From contig NC_045697.1 of the NCBI RefSeq assembly GCF_009834535.1, positions 57,662,001-57,726,000 of the forward strand: a stretch of 64,000 nt of DNA, written 5' to 3'. Made by a program: the position numbers and the translations under genes. How positions within the stretch are numbered: position 1 is the first letter of the stretch; the number at the start of each line of letters is the position of its first letter. The notes beneath the pieces were generated by a model. The model saw only the letters and a program-made list of their open reading frames with translations. It did not search any database and was not told where the DNA came from. Shown piece by piece: positions 1 through 13,539 of this stretch. Origin of the DNA: Camelus ferus. Lineage: Eukaryota.

Positions 1-37
1 TGGTATTTTGTTATGGCAGGCCTAGCAAACTAATACA
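1..37 (+). mobile_element. 3' end of a MaLR (MLT1-type) LTR
   Basis: tggtattttgttatggcag-cctagcaaactaataca is the typical MaLR LTR terminus. Confidence 0.8.
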
Positions 38-1789
38 ATTGTGCTAGAGAATTAGTTTGCATATTTGTTTGTTTAAAAAATGCAATGAGAAATTTGTATG
101 CAGGTGTAGGACATGATGTGATTCATGTATTTTAAAGACTATTTTGATGTCTGGGTGAAGAGTGGACTAGAAAGCAGCATTATGGAAATAGGGAACCAAT
201 TAAGAATCTGATGAAATTATCAGGTTGAGCGGTGAGTAAGCCTGAATTATGGTTTTTATCAGGAGATATGAACTCAAAAATACATTTTAATGATATATCC
301 TTAGAAGTATTTATATTTATATAAATATATTTATATTTCACTGAAATTGGAACAAGCAATGGTTAAAATTTTTTATTTGCATTAAGAGACAGGAGAGAGA
401 GAGGGAGGGAGGGAAAGGGAGAGAAAAAGAGGAAGAGAGACATGGAGAAACTGGAATCAAATGCATACATTTCTCATGCAAATCTGTTTCATTCTGCTTC
501 TGTTAAGTAATTTCTAAACACCTTTTCTGAACATATGACTGATGTATATTCCAAGTATGATTTCTTTGTAATTTTTCTATTCCATAAATTTTCAAAGTTG
601 TTGGGTCAGACAAATCACACATGAATGAATCAACTAAGAAACAATGAAAGGTAGTATATGAATAAATTCCAAACTAAAATCTTTTTTTGAAGGTAATTGG
701 ACAATGTATCATTATTTTTACACTGGGACACAGTAATACCTGTTATATAATTGAGTCTGTAGACTTAGTGAAGGTTTTTATATGAGATCTTTACTGTGAA
801 ATATTGTATAACTGAAAATAGTCCTGCTTAATGTCATTTTAATTACAAACGGATACAAATCACCACTGTGTGACAAAATGTAGAAAAAACTCTAATAAAA
901 ATGTCTTGTGTGCTCTATTGCTTGTATTAAGAGGAACTACCTATATAAAGCACACAGCATGAACATTAGACATTGTATTCTATCATTTATGTCATTAAAG
1001 GCATTTTCTATTTTCTTAACTAAATTGCTTTTTCCCCCTTATGACCGCCACTTTCACACTAACTCTATCCTGATATTTCACATAGAAAATTTATCTGTCA
1101 TGTATGTATCATTTTAATTTAAAATTAATCTCAGCATTTAAAGGTCTACATTTTCAACAATTAATATGCTGAAGGTACTGCTATGCTATAAAACCACCCT
1201 TAACTGTACCTACTTGTGAGGTAATTTTTCTGTAAAGTGGTTATCAAAAGAAAATAAGCCTATTAAGTGCAAAAATAAAATACAGTGACAAAGCTATTCT
1301 AAATTAATGATTTTTAAAGTTTAAGTAAAATTTCATTAAAGATTTTTTTACTGTGTATTCCCCAGGTATCTGTTAGACTTGATTCATTTTTAAAGCATTT
1401 CCCAGCCTTAATAGCTTTTCATGCTATTTAGAGCTTTCATGTATGGGCTCCTGCCTACCCTCTTCACTTCAGCCAAAATTGTTTTCTTTGCTTCCTTCTA
1501 CACTATGACCTTTTTATGTACAGGTTCCATTTACTCTAGTCAGTTTCTACTCATCTTATGTCTCAGCCTATGTGGTCTTCCTTAAAGTCCTTTCCAGAAA
1601 ACTTTCCTTAGCACCACTCCATGGTGCCACAGTTACCACAAAAACAGGAGCACAATTTCTCTGCTCAGGTTTTTGTCACAGTGTCCTAGGGTGTTTCTGG
1701 TACTCACGCATGTGCTGAGTTATCTGATGGGACATTCTTTGTTGAATGAAGTTTCTAATCTATGAGGCACTCATGTGGTTCTGATTCAA

Positions 1790-2085
1790 CTTCCTCCACT
1801 ATAGTTACCTCCCTAAAATTTCCCCATTTCTACAAATGGTGTCATCAACCATCCTGCTGGTCAAGTCAAAACTCTGGGAGTTAGACTTGGTCCCTCATGT
1901 TTTCTCACTCTTCCCCCATATCCAGTCTTTCAGCAAATAGTATCAATCTTACTTTAAATATGTGTCTTAAATCTGCATACTAATCCAAAACATCATCATT
2001 TTTCATGATTTTAAGAACCTTCTAAGTGGTCTCTAAATTTAACTTCCCTGTAATTTATTCTCCTTATATGCTATGGTGATCTTGT
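1790..2085 (+). mobile_element. L2 LINE fragment
   Basis: Matches the L2 core: ccccatttc..aaatgg..accatcc..caagtcaaaactctgggagt..catatccagtc. Confidence 0.65.
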
Positions 2086-2152
2086 TTTATTATTTTCAAG
2101 ATAGTGTTTGAAAAAGTAGTTAACATTGAGATTGGTTAAAATTCAAAAGTTT

Positions 2153-2402
2153 TACTTCCAGTCATAAGATAATGTCATGGGGATGTAATGTACAGTATAG
2201 GGATATTTGTCAATATTGTATTACAAATTTGAAAGTTGCTGGTAAGTTAAATCTTAAAAATTCTCATCACAAGAAAAAAATACGTAACTTTATATGGTGG
2301 CAGATAGTAAATAGATATGGGAGTGATCATATTGTGATGCATAAAATGTTAGATTATTATATTGCACACCTGAAACCAATATAATTCTATATTTGAATTT
2401 AA
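2153..2402 (+). mobile_element. 5'-truncated L1 (3' UTR end, L1MA-like) with TSD
   Basis: L1 3' UTR motifs (ggggatgtaatgtacag, ttctcatcacaagaaaaaa, gcacacctgaaac). 15-bp TSD aaaattcaaaagttt at 2138-2152 and 2403-2417. Confidence 0.85.
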
Positions 2403-3210
2403 AAAATTCAAAAGTTTCAAAATTAAATTTGGCAAAATTTTTCCCAGCACTTACCGATCTCCCAGTCACCTGGCAAGATGACTAAGAGCAACAATTATTA
2501 GCAGTATTCTTGATATCAGATAACATATACAAGCAAAAAACATGTATTTCTGTAATATATGTAATAATCAGCAACATGTTTCTTTTTTATTTCATATTAC
2601 ACAGTGGAGAAGATTTCATACCAGAATTTAATAAAGTTTAAAATATTTTCAGCAGAATATTTCATTAAATGATGTAAAATAAGTTATTAAATGAGTCCTA
2701 ATTAATAAAAATTTACATTCTTCCAATATATATTACAAACCATGCTTCAGTCTTGTATATATTACTTCCCACGGGGTGATTATACTTATAGAAGAGACTC
2801 CTAGAAGTTAAAATGCAGAATCAGAGGGTATATATGTTTGTAATTTTAAAAGATGTTGATAAATCCAGAAAGCTGTGGCAATTTACAGTTTCCCTAGCAA
2901 TGTATGAGTGGTTGCATCTTTGACATTCTAAGTAGACATGCCTATACTACCTTCTATGTGTATTAATGTTCTGTAACTCTTATCTAGGCCAGCACCTGCT
3001 GAATCAACCAGTGATGATACTTTCCCCAAGTTGCAGGGAATCGATAAGTTAGTTGCCCCGTAAATTATGACATATCTTGGATCAAAAATATAATTTGAGA
3101 AATCTAATCATTTTTCACCAGTTTGAGGTAAGAAGTCCTGAGAATATGAAATCAGGGAGTGTTGGAAGCAGCATTTTAGAAGTTCTGATGTGGAATAAAA
3201 CAGGACAGAC

Positions 3211-3611
3211 TGTGGTAGGCCACATGTAAGAATCTGACCTTATTTGGAAATAAGGTCTTTGCAGACGCAGTTTTAGATGAGGTTCATTAGATGGACTCTA
3301 GTCCAATATGACTGACGTGCTTATAAACAGGAAAATTTTGGACACAGACTCAGATACCCAGAGAGTGTATTAGGTGAGGAGACATCACCATAGTGGCGTG
3401 TAAAGATTGGGGTTATGCTACCACAAACCAAGAAAAGTCTGAGGCTTCCAAAAGCTGGGAAGCAGCAAAGAAGGATTCCAGTTACAGGTTTCTGAGGGAG
3501 AAAGGCCCGGCCAACACGTTGATTTCAGACTTCTAGCCAAACGCTAAGAAAATGGATTTCTAAGGCACCTAGTGTGTGGTGCTTTGTGACAGTAGCCCTG
3601 GGAAACAAATG
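3211..3611 (+). mobile_element. MLT1 (B/C-like) solo LTR
   Basis: gaccttatttggaaataaggtctttgcaga ... gatttcagacttctagcc ... gtggtgctttgtgacagtagccctgggaaac. Confidence 0.85.
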
Positions 3612-6269
3612 AAAATGTCAGGAAACATTGGATTAAAAAACAAATTCATGTAATTCCAAATATTCACCAGATTTTACCAAATATCAAGTAACTACTTGGA
3701 ATGTCCCTCCAAATCACCAGCAAGCAGAAACAAAATTATTCTCTTAGAAACAAAGAGATCCTCTAAAACAGGGTTGTCTTCCTTAATATGTAGTGAAACA
3801 GAACATTCTTCAGAATTCTTCTCATTCCATACATAATACAGCTATATATATTAATCCCCACCCCAATTCCATCTAATATTTGGCATTATCAACAGGCTTA
3901 AGAAATATTGTGTTTTTATAGTTTGCATTTCTTTTGCTGTCAACAAAATTACTTATGTTTCCTGATTAAGAAGGACTGTGATCCTCAAGCCTTAAATTTC
4001 ATGGAACAAAACTAAATATTCACATTTATCAGTTTATTCCCAGGAAAATACATTCAGTGGTGTGAATACAGAAGGGATTTGTCTGGTATAATTACTAGAA
4101 TTTAGTGAGAACATTTCAAAGATAGAACTTTGATGTTGAGAATAACAGCAGGATACCAACAAAGAAAAGAAGAATTCTAGAGGAATAAAATGAGCACTTA
4201 GATCTTGTCAATTTGATAGTCATTAGAAATAAGTGAGGTTAATTTACACTAATTGCCAATCTGGTTGCTAAAAAAAGAATATTCTAGGTAAAAACTAATT
4301 TGGAAAAGAAACGTTTCTAAATACTACTGTTCTTAAATTGAAACTAACCAAAGTGGAGAATCTCTGATGAAATTCTGGATGAAAGGGCAATTGAATAGCT
4401 CTCTTCAAAACATCGCCCAAAATAAATCAGTATTTTAAAAATAATATTAGATATTCAAAACCAATAATGTTGAATCATTAAATAAAATTCTCTTTGCAAA
4501 TTGCGTACCATTACTGATGAATAAACTTAAACTTATTTTAAGTTGAAATTATTTGTCATAATTAGTTAACTTAAAAGCAAAACCAATTTTCCTTAAAAAA
4601 TTACAAGCCTCTTATTTAGATTTATTAACTTTATAAACAGTGTCTTTCAAGTTTTCCTTTTTAAAACTTTCCTTGAAAGTGTTCAATATAATGATTTAAC
4701 CTAACAGTCCAAATTATCCTAAGACAAAGGGACTAAGCTTATGCTCCCAGAAAAACCATAATTTGAACATCAAACCCAATTCATTGAATTTTACTTTAAT
4801 TTGGAATGTATCTTTCTTTTTCATTATGCATTCTTCTTGTTATTACCACCTTGTAGCATTTATATGTGGCCCAAACCCCGAAGTCTTTAAATATATCAAC
4901 TGTGATAAATTTACATTTTAAAGACCAAACATCGATATCGATCACGGAATAACTGAATTACATGACATGGAGTTGTTCTTTTATTTAACCAAACATTTAT
5001 TGCTTCATGGCTGTCAAGGAAATGAATGAATAGAAGCTTTTTGACAAGGTGTATGTTTTATTGCAATGAAGAAAGAATATGGAAGAAGTAGTGATAAAAT
5101 CTATTTAACTTAACTGATAATAACAAAATGCAAGGCTTTCTTTTGGTAATTGATGTCACTACAATATTTCCTGCCATTTATCAGATGCATCTGCCAGTCT
5201 GTATAGCAATCTATCAATCCACCTGTCCACATATAAACGTCTATATAGAATATTGACTGTGATCTTGGAAGAGTATTAATTTAGCATAGTCAGTTTTTGC
5301 TTAATGTTGAATTTCTCTTTCAGTCAAAATCTGTTATTTATTTTCTCTTGTTGGGCACAATGGCATAATCTCACTATTAAAATTAAAACACATAGGTTTG
5401 GGGATTTTGGCTTAAAATTAATTGTATACAGATCTTAATATAGAAGACCACTCTGTTCAGCATTGGAATAATTATTTCCTATTTCACATCAAAATATTTT
5501 CAACTTTCTTAAGCAAAACTTAATCTGACTTTGATGAGATTTTTAATAATTTCTCATAATTTTGTGTTTTTGTTACTTGATTATTTTTCCTCTTAAATGT
5601 TTACATTGTTCTTAAGATCTGACACAGACTCATCTCATCTCAACACTAATAGTACCTGTTTACTCAAGAATTGTCAATAGTGATATTGATATATATCAAT
5701 AATTGTATACCATATTGATAGATAAGAAAATGTTTCTAATATTATTAAATAAATATTAGTCTTCAATGTGAGTTGGTGAAGTAATGAATGTTACGATTGC
5801 AAAACATTTTTGAAAATAAGTATGATAAATTGGAATTTTTTAAAAGAACAATGAAAAAGATACAAGCACCAAAAAGAAACAAATGATGCATTAAAATATG
5901 TACCTCTTAATTTTTGAAATATTTATTTCATATTTTTGCATATATTAATATATCAGTTTCTAAATTATTTATATACATTTAGAGTAATGAACATAATCAG
6001 GCATAAATACACTTAATATACCTCATGGTAAATAAACCTAATTTTTATATATCAAATAATGTAAAGTCAAGTACAATTTTGAATTCCTTAAAAGCATGAA
6101 TAATTGCACAGGGGTTACATCAAAAATAAGTGGTATAAATACATTTACAGAGTATATCTTCATCAGTTGATAAATAATGATAAAGCAATAAGGCATAATA
6201 AACATCCACAAAATAAAGGAATTCAGTGATTGTCTGCCACATAATGCAAATGCCATGGCATTCTGTTAC

Positions 6270-6461
6270 ATTAGAGAGGTATAGCTGTTATTCCAGTTGC
6301 TATTCCAAAGTCTAAATCAAAGATTTTCTACGATGATGATAAAGTCCTTTGAGAAGTCCTTAAATGCCACTTACAAACTTTGAAATCCATCATTTTCTGT
6401 AACAAACTTTTTCTAAACATTTCAAAAAATACAAAGGAAAATTTGCAATTAGAATTGAAGT
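6270..6461 (-). pseudogene. Pseudo-exon, post-TBC C-terminal helices (3' end approximate)
   Basis: Acceptor aatttcAG, phase 1. Reads (D)FNSNCKFSFVFFEMFRKSLLQKMMDFKVCKWHL, comparable to TBC1D25 EFGRGNPFMLFLCLAILLEHRDHIMRNGLDYNELAMHF as I recall it. Confidence 0.55.
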
Positions 6462-6814
6462 CTGAAATTTGCTATAACTAATATTGTTTACTTATCTATG
6501 AATCTAAAGTTTTTCATAGTTTTTTAAGAAACTTATTGTCTCCCCTGTTTTGTTTAGAACATCTTGTCATTGCAATTATATTTCAGTATTGTGAGCAAAG
6601 TGTCAAATGTCTCTATAATTATTGCCAAATAAAAATACTCAAATCTCTTTTATTGTCATAAGTATATACACAGTTGTTAAAATAACAGCCCTTAAAAAAT
6701 GTAAGTTTTTAGCAATCCATCACAAATTGTTGATAACAAGTAATTTTAAAGGACTACAGAAGGAACATTTTTAAATGTATGAATTTGCAATTATAATTTC
6801 AAACTGATGAGAAG

Positions 6815-7045
6815 CAGTGTTGTGCTGTGAATCAAAATCTGTCATGGGACAAAATCTCACTACCACCATGTAATGTTGGTGTGATCTTCGCAACATTACA
6901 TGAATATGTTAGCCTGTAATTTCCTTATATTTAAAATGTGGGTAACAGAATTTATGCCAAATACACTAAATTAATAACCCAGTGCCTAGGAGACAGCCAT
7001 AAGCCCTGGTGCATTCTAAATATGTCAATAAATATGAGTTATAAA
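6815..7045 (+). mobile_element. MIR SINE
   Basis: Degenerate MIR core: gtgatctt..agcctgtaatttccttatatttaaaatgtgggtaa. Confidence 0.55.
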
Positions 7046-7299
7046 TATTAAAAAAGAGGAAAAAAGTCAACAGTTCATCACAGATTGACCAAATTCAGTT
7101 ATTTTTGAGCTCACAATATATTAATGACACTTCATCAGATACGTGAAAGTGAAACATGAGTGAAAAGTAGGTATCATTAATGAATAGAAAGATAATACAT
7201 GCTAATTAAGTAGGGTTTATCTACAGAATGTGCATGATCTATTATTGTACAGTATTGACTTAGCACATTGTGGATTTAAGAGAAATATTTAATTTTTAT

Positions 7300-7680
7300 T
7301 TAGGTAGAAAATAAACAATATATTCAACAATCTTTGAAGAATAAATATAAACTAGAAATAAAAAGCAAACTTTTTAAACTCAAAAACAGTATTTATCAAA
7401 AATTTATCAAACACTATACAACTTAGTCTAACATTTGATTCTTTTCTTTAAAATTAGAAGCAGTACAATTCTGCTTGCTATCATCAAATCAATTCCATCA
7501 GTGACCTATAGTACTATCTAGGTGAGTTTAAAAAAAAGAAATGGAAGAAAATATTAAAATTGGAGATGAAGGAAAAAGAAAATGTTGGTAATCCAAAATA
7601 TATATTTTTGACATAGAAAATACAAAAAAAAATTCATGAGATAAATTATTAGAATCTATGATAGCTGCAAAGTACATGGA
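7300..7680 (+). mobile_element. Old L1 ORF2 (RT region) fragment
   Basis: A-rich remnant: aaattagaagcagtacaa..ctatcatca..aattggagatgaagga..aaattattagaatc. Confidence 0.55.
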
Positions 7681-7687
7681 TCACTAT

Positions 7688-9850
7688 TTTTTTTAAATAC
7701 ACTTTTTCATGGCAGAGTAGTATTCCATTGTGTATACATACCACATCTTTATTTTGCCATTCATGGATAGACACTTAGATTGCTTCCATATTTTTGCTAT
7801 TGTAAATAATGCAGTAAACATTTGAGTGCATATAACTTTTTGAATTAGTGTTGTTTTCTTCAAGTAAATATCCAGAAGTGAAATTGCTATATAAATGGCA
7901 GGTCTATTTTTAATTTTTTTGAGGAGCCTCGATACTGTTGTCCATCCTGCTGTGCCAATTAACAATCCCTGCAACAGTGCACAGGGCTTCCCTCTTCCCC
8001 ACATCCTTACCAATACTTGTTATTTGTTGTCTTTTTGATGGTAGCCATTCTGACAGGTATGAGTCTTTGCCTTTAAATTTGACAGCTTTATTATAATGTA
8101 TTTTGGAGAAGGTCTTTTTAAGTTGAATTTGTTTGGAGACCTATGAGCTTCATGAACTCAGATGGCCAAATCTCTACCAATATTTTAGAAGTTCTCAGTC
8201 ATTATTTCTTTAAAAAAGCCTTCTTTCCCCACCCCACCTTCTCCTGTTCTTCTGGGACTCTAATAATTTGAAGATTTCTTCTTCTGATGGTATTTCATAG
8301 TTTTCATAGGCTTTCTTTACAATTTTCCATTCTTGATTCTTCTTTATGCCCTGACTGGATAATTTCAAAAGTGTCTTTACTCCACAGTTTCTTCCTTATG
8401 CTTGATCTGATGTTGATGTTCTTTATTGCATTGTTTCATTCATTCATTGTATTCTTCAGCTTCAGAATTTTGTTTTGGTTCTGTTTGTGATTTCTGTCTC
8501 TTTGTTAAACCTCTCATTTTGTTCATGTATTTTTTTCCTGATTTCGTTGAGCTTCCTGAAAACAGCTATTTTCAGTTTTTTGTCAGATAAATCTCAGATC
8601 TGCATGTCTTTGGGATTAGTTACTAGAAGATTATTGTGATCATTTGCTGACATGATATTTCCTTGATTTTTCATATTCCTTGAAGTCTTGTGGTGCTGTC
8701 TTTGCATTTGAAGTCGCAGTCACCCCTTCAGTCTTTACTGACTGACTTTGGTAGAGAATTACCTTCCATCAGCCCTGCTAGGAATTCTGAGGCTTGCTCA
8801 GACCCTCTATGCCTAGCATGCTCCACTTTTCCTGCTCCCTCTTGTGGCAGACTTAAGATTTTATGCTTTCTCCTGATCCTGCAACACGTCAGTCTGCATG
8901 CTGACAGTCTCCTCTTTACATTCCCAAAGGTAGCACTCAGTGCTAATGCTTGATCTCTCTCCTTGGTATTACAGATTCCGGCAGACTTTCCATGTGTGCT
9001 CATTAGCCATTTGCCACAGTTCCCTCTCACTGCCATTGGGAGTGCACACAAGAAGCCAGTCACAAGGTGGCTGAGGAATGGGTAGATGAGGCAAACAAAA
9101 CCCTGTGGGTGTCCATGGTCCTGAAAACAAGAATCCACTGTCATAGGCCAGCCTCCTGATGGAGTCTGTGATGTGGTTAGTAGGATCTGCATCCCTTTGA
9201 TGCCTTCCTAGCCCTGAATGCTGTTCTCCCAGCCGGTAAAAATACCCTCTTCCCTCACCCCCCTCCACAGTTTATAGCTCACAACTAAGTCCTCTGGATA
9301 GGGTGAGAGAGATGGGCCACTTTTGTCTGCACAGCTGGGGAAAGAGGACACTCACTCACATGCTCTCGCTTTTTCCCACAGGAGAAGTCAAGGGCCAAGA
9401 AGGACTTTCTTGGTACTGATTTATGTCAATTTGGTGGAGGGGAGTCACAGAATGTCACAGATTTCCTCATGGTCTCCAATGTGTCTAATTGTAGATTTTC
9501 TTTTCCCCTTCACCAATGTGCTGAAACTTCTCTGCTGGAATCGTGGACTTCCACAAAGGCTCTGTCATCCATGAGTGATGTTCTAAGTCAGTATTTTCCA
9601 GGGGTTCCCAGACCATGCTCAAGATGGGGTTGAGCCAGTTCACAGGCCACTTCATAGTCCACAGCTGGGGCTATGGTCTGTCTATTACCTGAGACAGAGG
9701 TGTGTGAGACTCCTGCCGAGGTCCTTGGAGTATGGTGCTGGATCCCACAGCTCCCACCAAGGCTCTTTTGTCCATGAATGAATGCCAAATATTTGTTGAG
9801 GGAGAGATATGAGCTAGGTATGTCATTCAGTCATCTTACTACTGTTATTC
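7688..9850 (-). mobile_element. L1 remnant: 5'UTR/ORF1 (about 8064-9850) joined to the ORF2 C-terminus (7688-8063)
   Basis: ORF 7693-8013 encodes the L1 ORF2 C-terminus (..MFTALFTIAKIWKQSKC..KMWYVYTMEYYSAMKK). 8064-8700 is antisense ORF1-type sequence, followed by a GC-richer 5'UTR. Confidence 0.85.
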
Positions 9851-10307
9851 CTAATTCCAACTTTTTAAAAAGGGTTTATGTTACTTCTTGTATGTATATT
9901 TTACTTTAAAAAGCTTAGTAAGTATACAAAAACAAATATGAATATATCAAATACCAAGTCTCTTCCCAGAAAAATAAGCATACTGATCTGTTTTTACTTA
10001 GTATGTTTATATAAAGGAAATAAGGAATTTCAGATAAATCTTACAGTGTTATTAACATTTTCTGTCCCATTGATGCCCAGTATTGGACTTAGAATACCTT
10101 AACTGCTTTATTTCCTCTTTCTTATTCAGGAGAAGCCATTAATTGATAAAATTCTGTTTTGAAATGATTTTCTAAAGTCTATATAACAGAATAATTTTAT
10201 AAGAGAAGGATACAAAATGACAGTTTCTGCTTTTCCATTTTTAATCAAGTGCTTAGGAAGACAATAAGCAATATTTTAAGTAAATTAAAATGGAATTTGC
10301 TTTTTAC

Positions 10308-10674
10308 CATGTCTCATAAATGCCAAACAATGAAATGATTTAGTTTTCAAAGTTATTATGTCCCAATTGATCTTCCAGGCAACGGACTTATTATCTAATT
10401 ATGAAGATATGCACATTTATCAAAAGTTAGAGCCATCTGTTTCAATTCTGTTTAATTTCATTATATATTCATCATTTAGACAGTCAGCTTATGACATAAG
10501 CCTCTACCGACAAGTAATTCTATACTGATTATCACTTAAGAATGTGCACAGGCAGACATCAGTCAACTCTTATTAGTCTACTTTGAAATTAAAATTGTAC
10601 TAGTAACAGGCTGCTGACTAGCCAGTCATCACTGATAAATGCAAGAAGAATCTCTGATGTTCCTCTACAGAAAC
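10308..10674 (-). pseudogene. Pseudo-exon, TBC Gln-finger region and C-lobe (heavily decayed)
   Basis: Acceptor ttttAG, donor ATG|GTAAAA. Starts (G)FCRGTSEILLAF (compare GYVQGMSDLLSP), then LSVMTG*SAACY after a shift (compare LYVMENEVDAFW). The later part has many stops and an ambiguous frame (ELKQMALTFDK or VAWKINWDII). Confidence 0.62.
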
Positions 10675-13539
10675 CTAAAACTATTACTTTTGAAGGAAAT
10701 CATATAAACTAGGCATTCATAAATTCTTCTTGAATTAAGAAATAAATACATTTAGACTCATTTTTAGATAGAGGGAGACCAGGAGAGAATAATCATAATT
10801 TAAAACAATTTTGATTAAAATATTTGTAATATTCATAATATTTTATAATTATGAGAAATACATCAATAATCCTGGTTAATGACTTTGTGCCAGAATACCA
10901 GATTAGATACGGATTACAATTTTTTTCTTATATGTGTGATTATTATTGACAGAGATGAGTGACAATATGGGAAATTATTTACTGAAAACACTTTGTCTCT
11001 TTGTGTATCTAGAACGAAGATTAAAAATATCTGGCATTCTATTACGAGAATACTTAAATGCATTAAAAAAATGTCATCTCATAAATAAGGATACAGCAAG
11101 TTACAAAAAAAAAAAGAAAGGCATGTAGCTTATATATAGCACATCTCTGTACCTGGCATTATGATCATAAAATTATCTAAAGGGAAAACTGATTCTCTTC
11201 TATCAAATGATATGTAATGATTTTATATATATTATTTATATGTGCTTTTGTATATATATGAAGAGCAAAACAGTGGATAAAATGACTTTTAAATGTAAAC
11301 TATTTTAATTTAATAGCAATTTATGTGAAATTTTTAAGAGAAACTATGTGTTTTTAAAGATAAGTGTAGTATATTATAAGGGAATCCAGTTTTCTCAATT
11401 TATATCTCACTGAGAGATTGACTGTCAAAATGATTGTAGTCTCAACCCAAGAGTATTACTGGGAAGATAGACACCAGAGCCAGCGAGAATGGGGAAAAAT
11501 TTGGACCAGGCAGCCTGGTGATTGAAATTGCTGTAAAGCTAACCTGTGGGGGTGCTAGCAAGCAGTGTGTTATTTAGCATCTAGAAGGGATGATAGAATA
11601 TTAGCCGATTTTAGTATTTAAGAAGAAACAGTATGTTGGATAGGACAGCATTATAAGTGAAAATGGAAATGTGAAGGAAATCAAAAATACCAGTAGTTTC
11701 TTCTAATTCCTTCTTTTTAGAAAATGTTTCTGTCCAGCAGCTGAATTTATTACTAACCAGGTCAAATTTATCCAATGGAAAATTATAGATGAAAATACTA
11801 TGTTAGAATTCTAACAACAAAGACTGTAGTTTCAAACCCAAAGTGATATTATAATGCTTACCACGATTAAGAAAACAGAATGTGAAGGATGCATTAAAGA
11901 TTGTTAATCATTTCATGTGCCATGAATGCATGTGGGGCTAACTTTAAACACCATAGACATGAACACTAATGTAATAAGAGCAATTCAATATTCTACCTTC
12001 TTGTGACACAGAAGCTCATGACTCGTGTTGATTATCAAGACTGACAAAGATCTGGGCTGTTGTTTTAAGTTAAAAAGTCTTTCAGATAGAATGAATTACA
12101 TTCCAAAGAGTCACTGAAATGTGCTAAGACCAAAGGCCTTAAAATTTTAGTGTGTATAAGAATTATTTGGAGAGTTGTAATGAATACATGTTCTGCATCT
12201 TCCCCCCTCCCACATTTAATATTCTGAAATAGATGGTAAGTGGTTCATGCTTTGAGATATACTGTTCTAGGCAAAGTAAATGATTATCATGACAGTTTAA
12301 AGTTACTGTCTCCTCAGAGAATTCTGGCTCCTTAGTCAGATTACATGCAAAACTGCAAAGGTGGCATCATGATTTAGGAAACAGGTTCTGAAGGCATCAA
12401 TGAGTATGCTTGGTCTCAAGATTTTATCTCTAGTTGAACAAACATTAGAGGGAAAGTTTTCTACTTCATCTATATTTGTATGAACCATTCTGAGTCATCA
12501 AATCAAAGGGACTAATTACCCTAATTCTTAGATATACTAGGTTATTTAAGGAATCAAAACAACTTCAGGAAGGAAAGGAAAATACAATTAAGTCAAATCT
12601 CAGAGGCAGATATACAGACACTCAAGTCCTTCAATAAGTAATCTTTTGTTGGAAACATTTAATTATTTGAATAGCAGGCATTCTTTATTTGTCCTTATGT
12701 GTAAAAGGCAAGGAGTGTGTGTATATATAGTGTGTATATATATTTCAGGATAGTGTTACCCGTAGTATAGCCCTAGTATGGGTAATTATGAAGTTGAAAC
12801 TTTAGAGATTGCTTGAGTAAACTACCTTACCCTTAGTTCACAGATTTGGGTTTTCCTCTGTAACTTATTGCATCTCTAATAGAGAGAATATAACACTGTC
12901 AACTGTAGAAAATTTGAATTACCGTTTCAAAATAAATAACCTTCTAAATCTTGGGGAGAAGTTATAGTAATGTGAGAGGTTATGTATTGTCTTTAAAGGT
13001 CTATGAAATGAAAATAAACTGTAAAATCACAAACACGAGGTAGCTTCTCCTACCTGATCAGCCTATTCAGAGCTTCCTTCAGTGCTTCATGTCATTTAGC
13101 AACTCAGTAAAAGGTTGTTCCTAACTTAATATCTCTGCATAAAACAGTGAGTTTTTGTGTTAGTATTTCACAGTTTATCTTGAAATATGTATGTAGATTT
13201 AGTGTATATTTTTACCCAATTTTAAGGACAGAGTATACCTGTTTAATGTTGATCCAAAGAATTTGTTGTTACTTTAAATATCATATTGACACATCAGATG
13301 AAAGTTAAAGTGGTTGGTCATGAACTTTGTAAGGATACCTTCGTATTTGAATTATAAAATAAAAATTAAAAATACTTTCCATTTATTTATCATCTTTTTA
13401 TTTGACCTCATAATAAAGATTTTAATGTTTTGTTTTGGTGAACTAGAAAATGTATTTCTAGAACTGCAAAGAAGAAAAATATAACATGAAAAACATTATC
13501 AATTGTTATATTACAAGTAAAATTTTCAGAAGTTAAATA

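Noticed and set aside
6038..6256. Hydrophobic ORF (MAFALCGRQSLNSFILWMFIMPYCFIIIYQLM..) resembling a TM or GPI signal
   Set aside because: T-rich DNA readily gives hydrophobic translations. The TBC-like match lies just upstream in another frame, so this is probably 3' flank.
8690..9788. Cluster of longer ORFs (up to 154 aa)
   Set aside because: They lie in the GC-richer L1 5'UTR remnant and show no recognisable protein.
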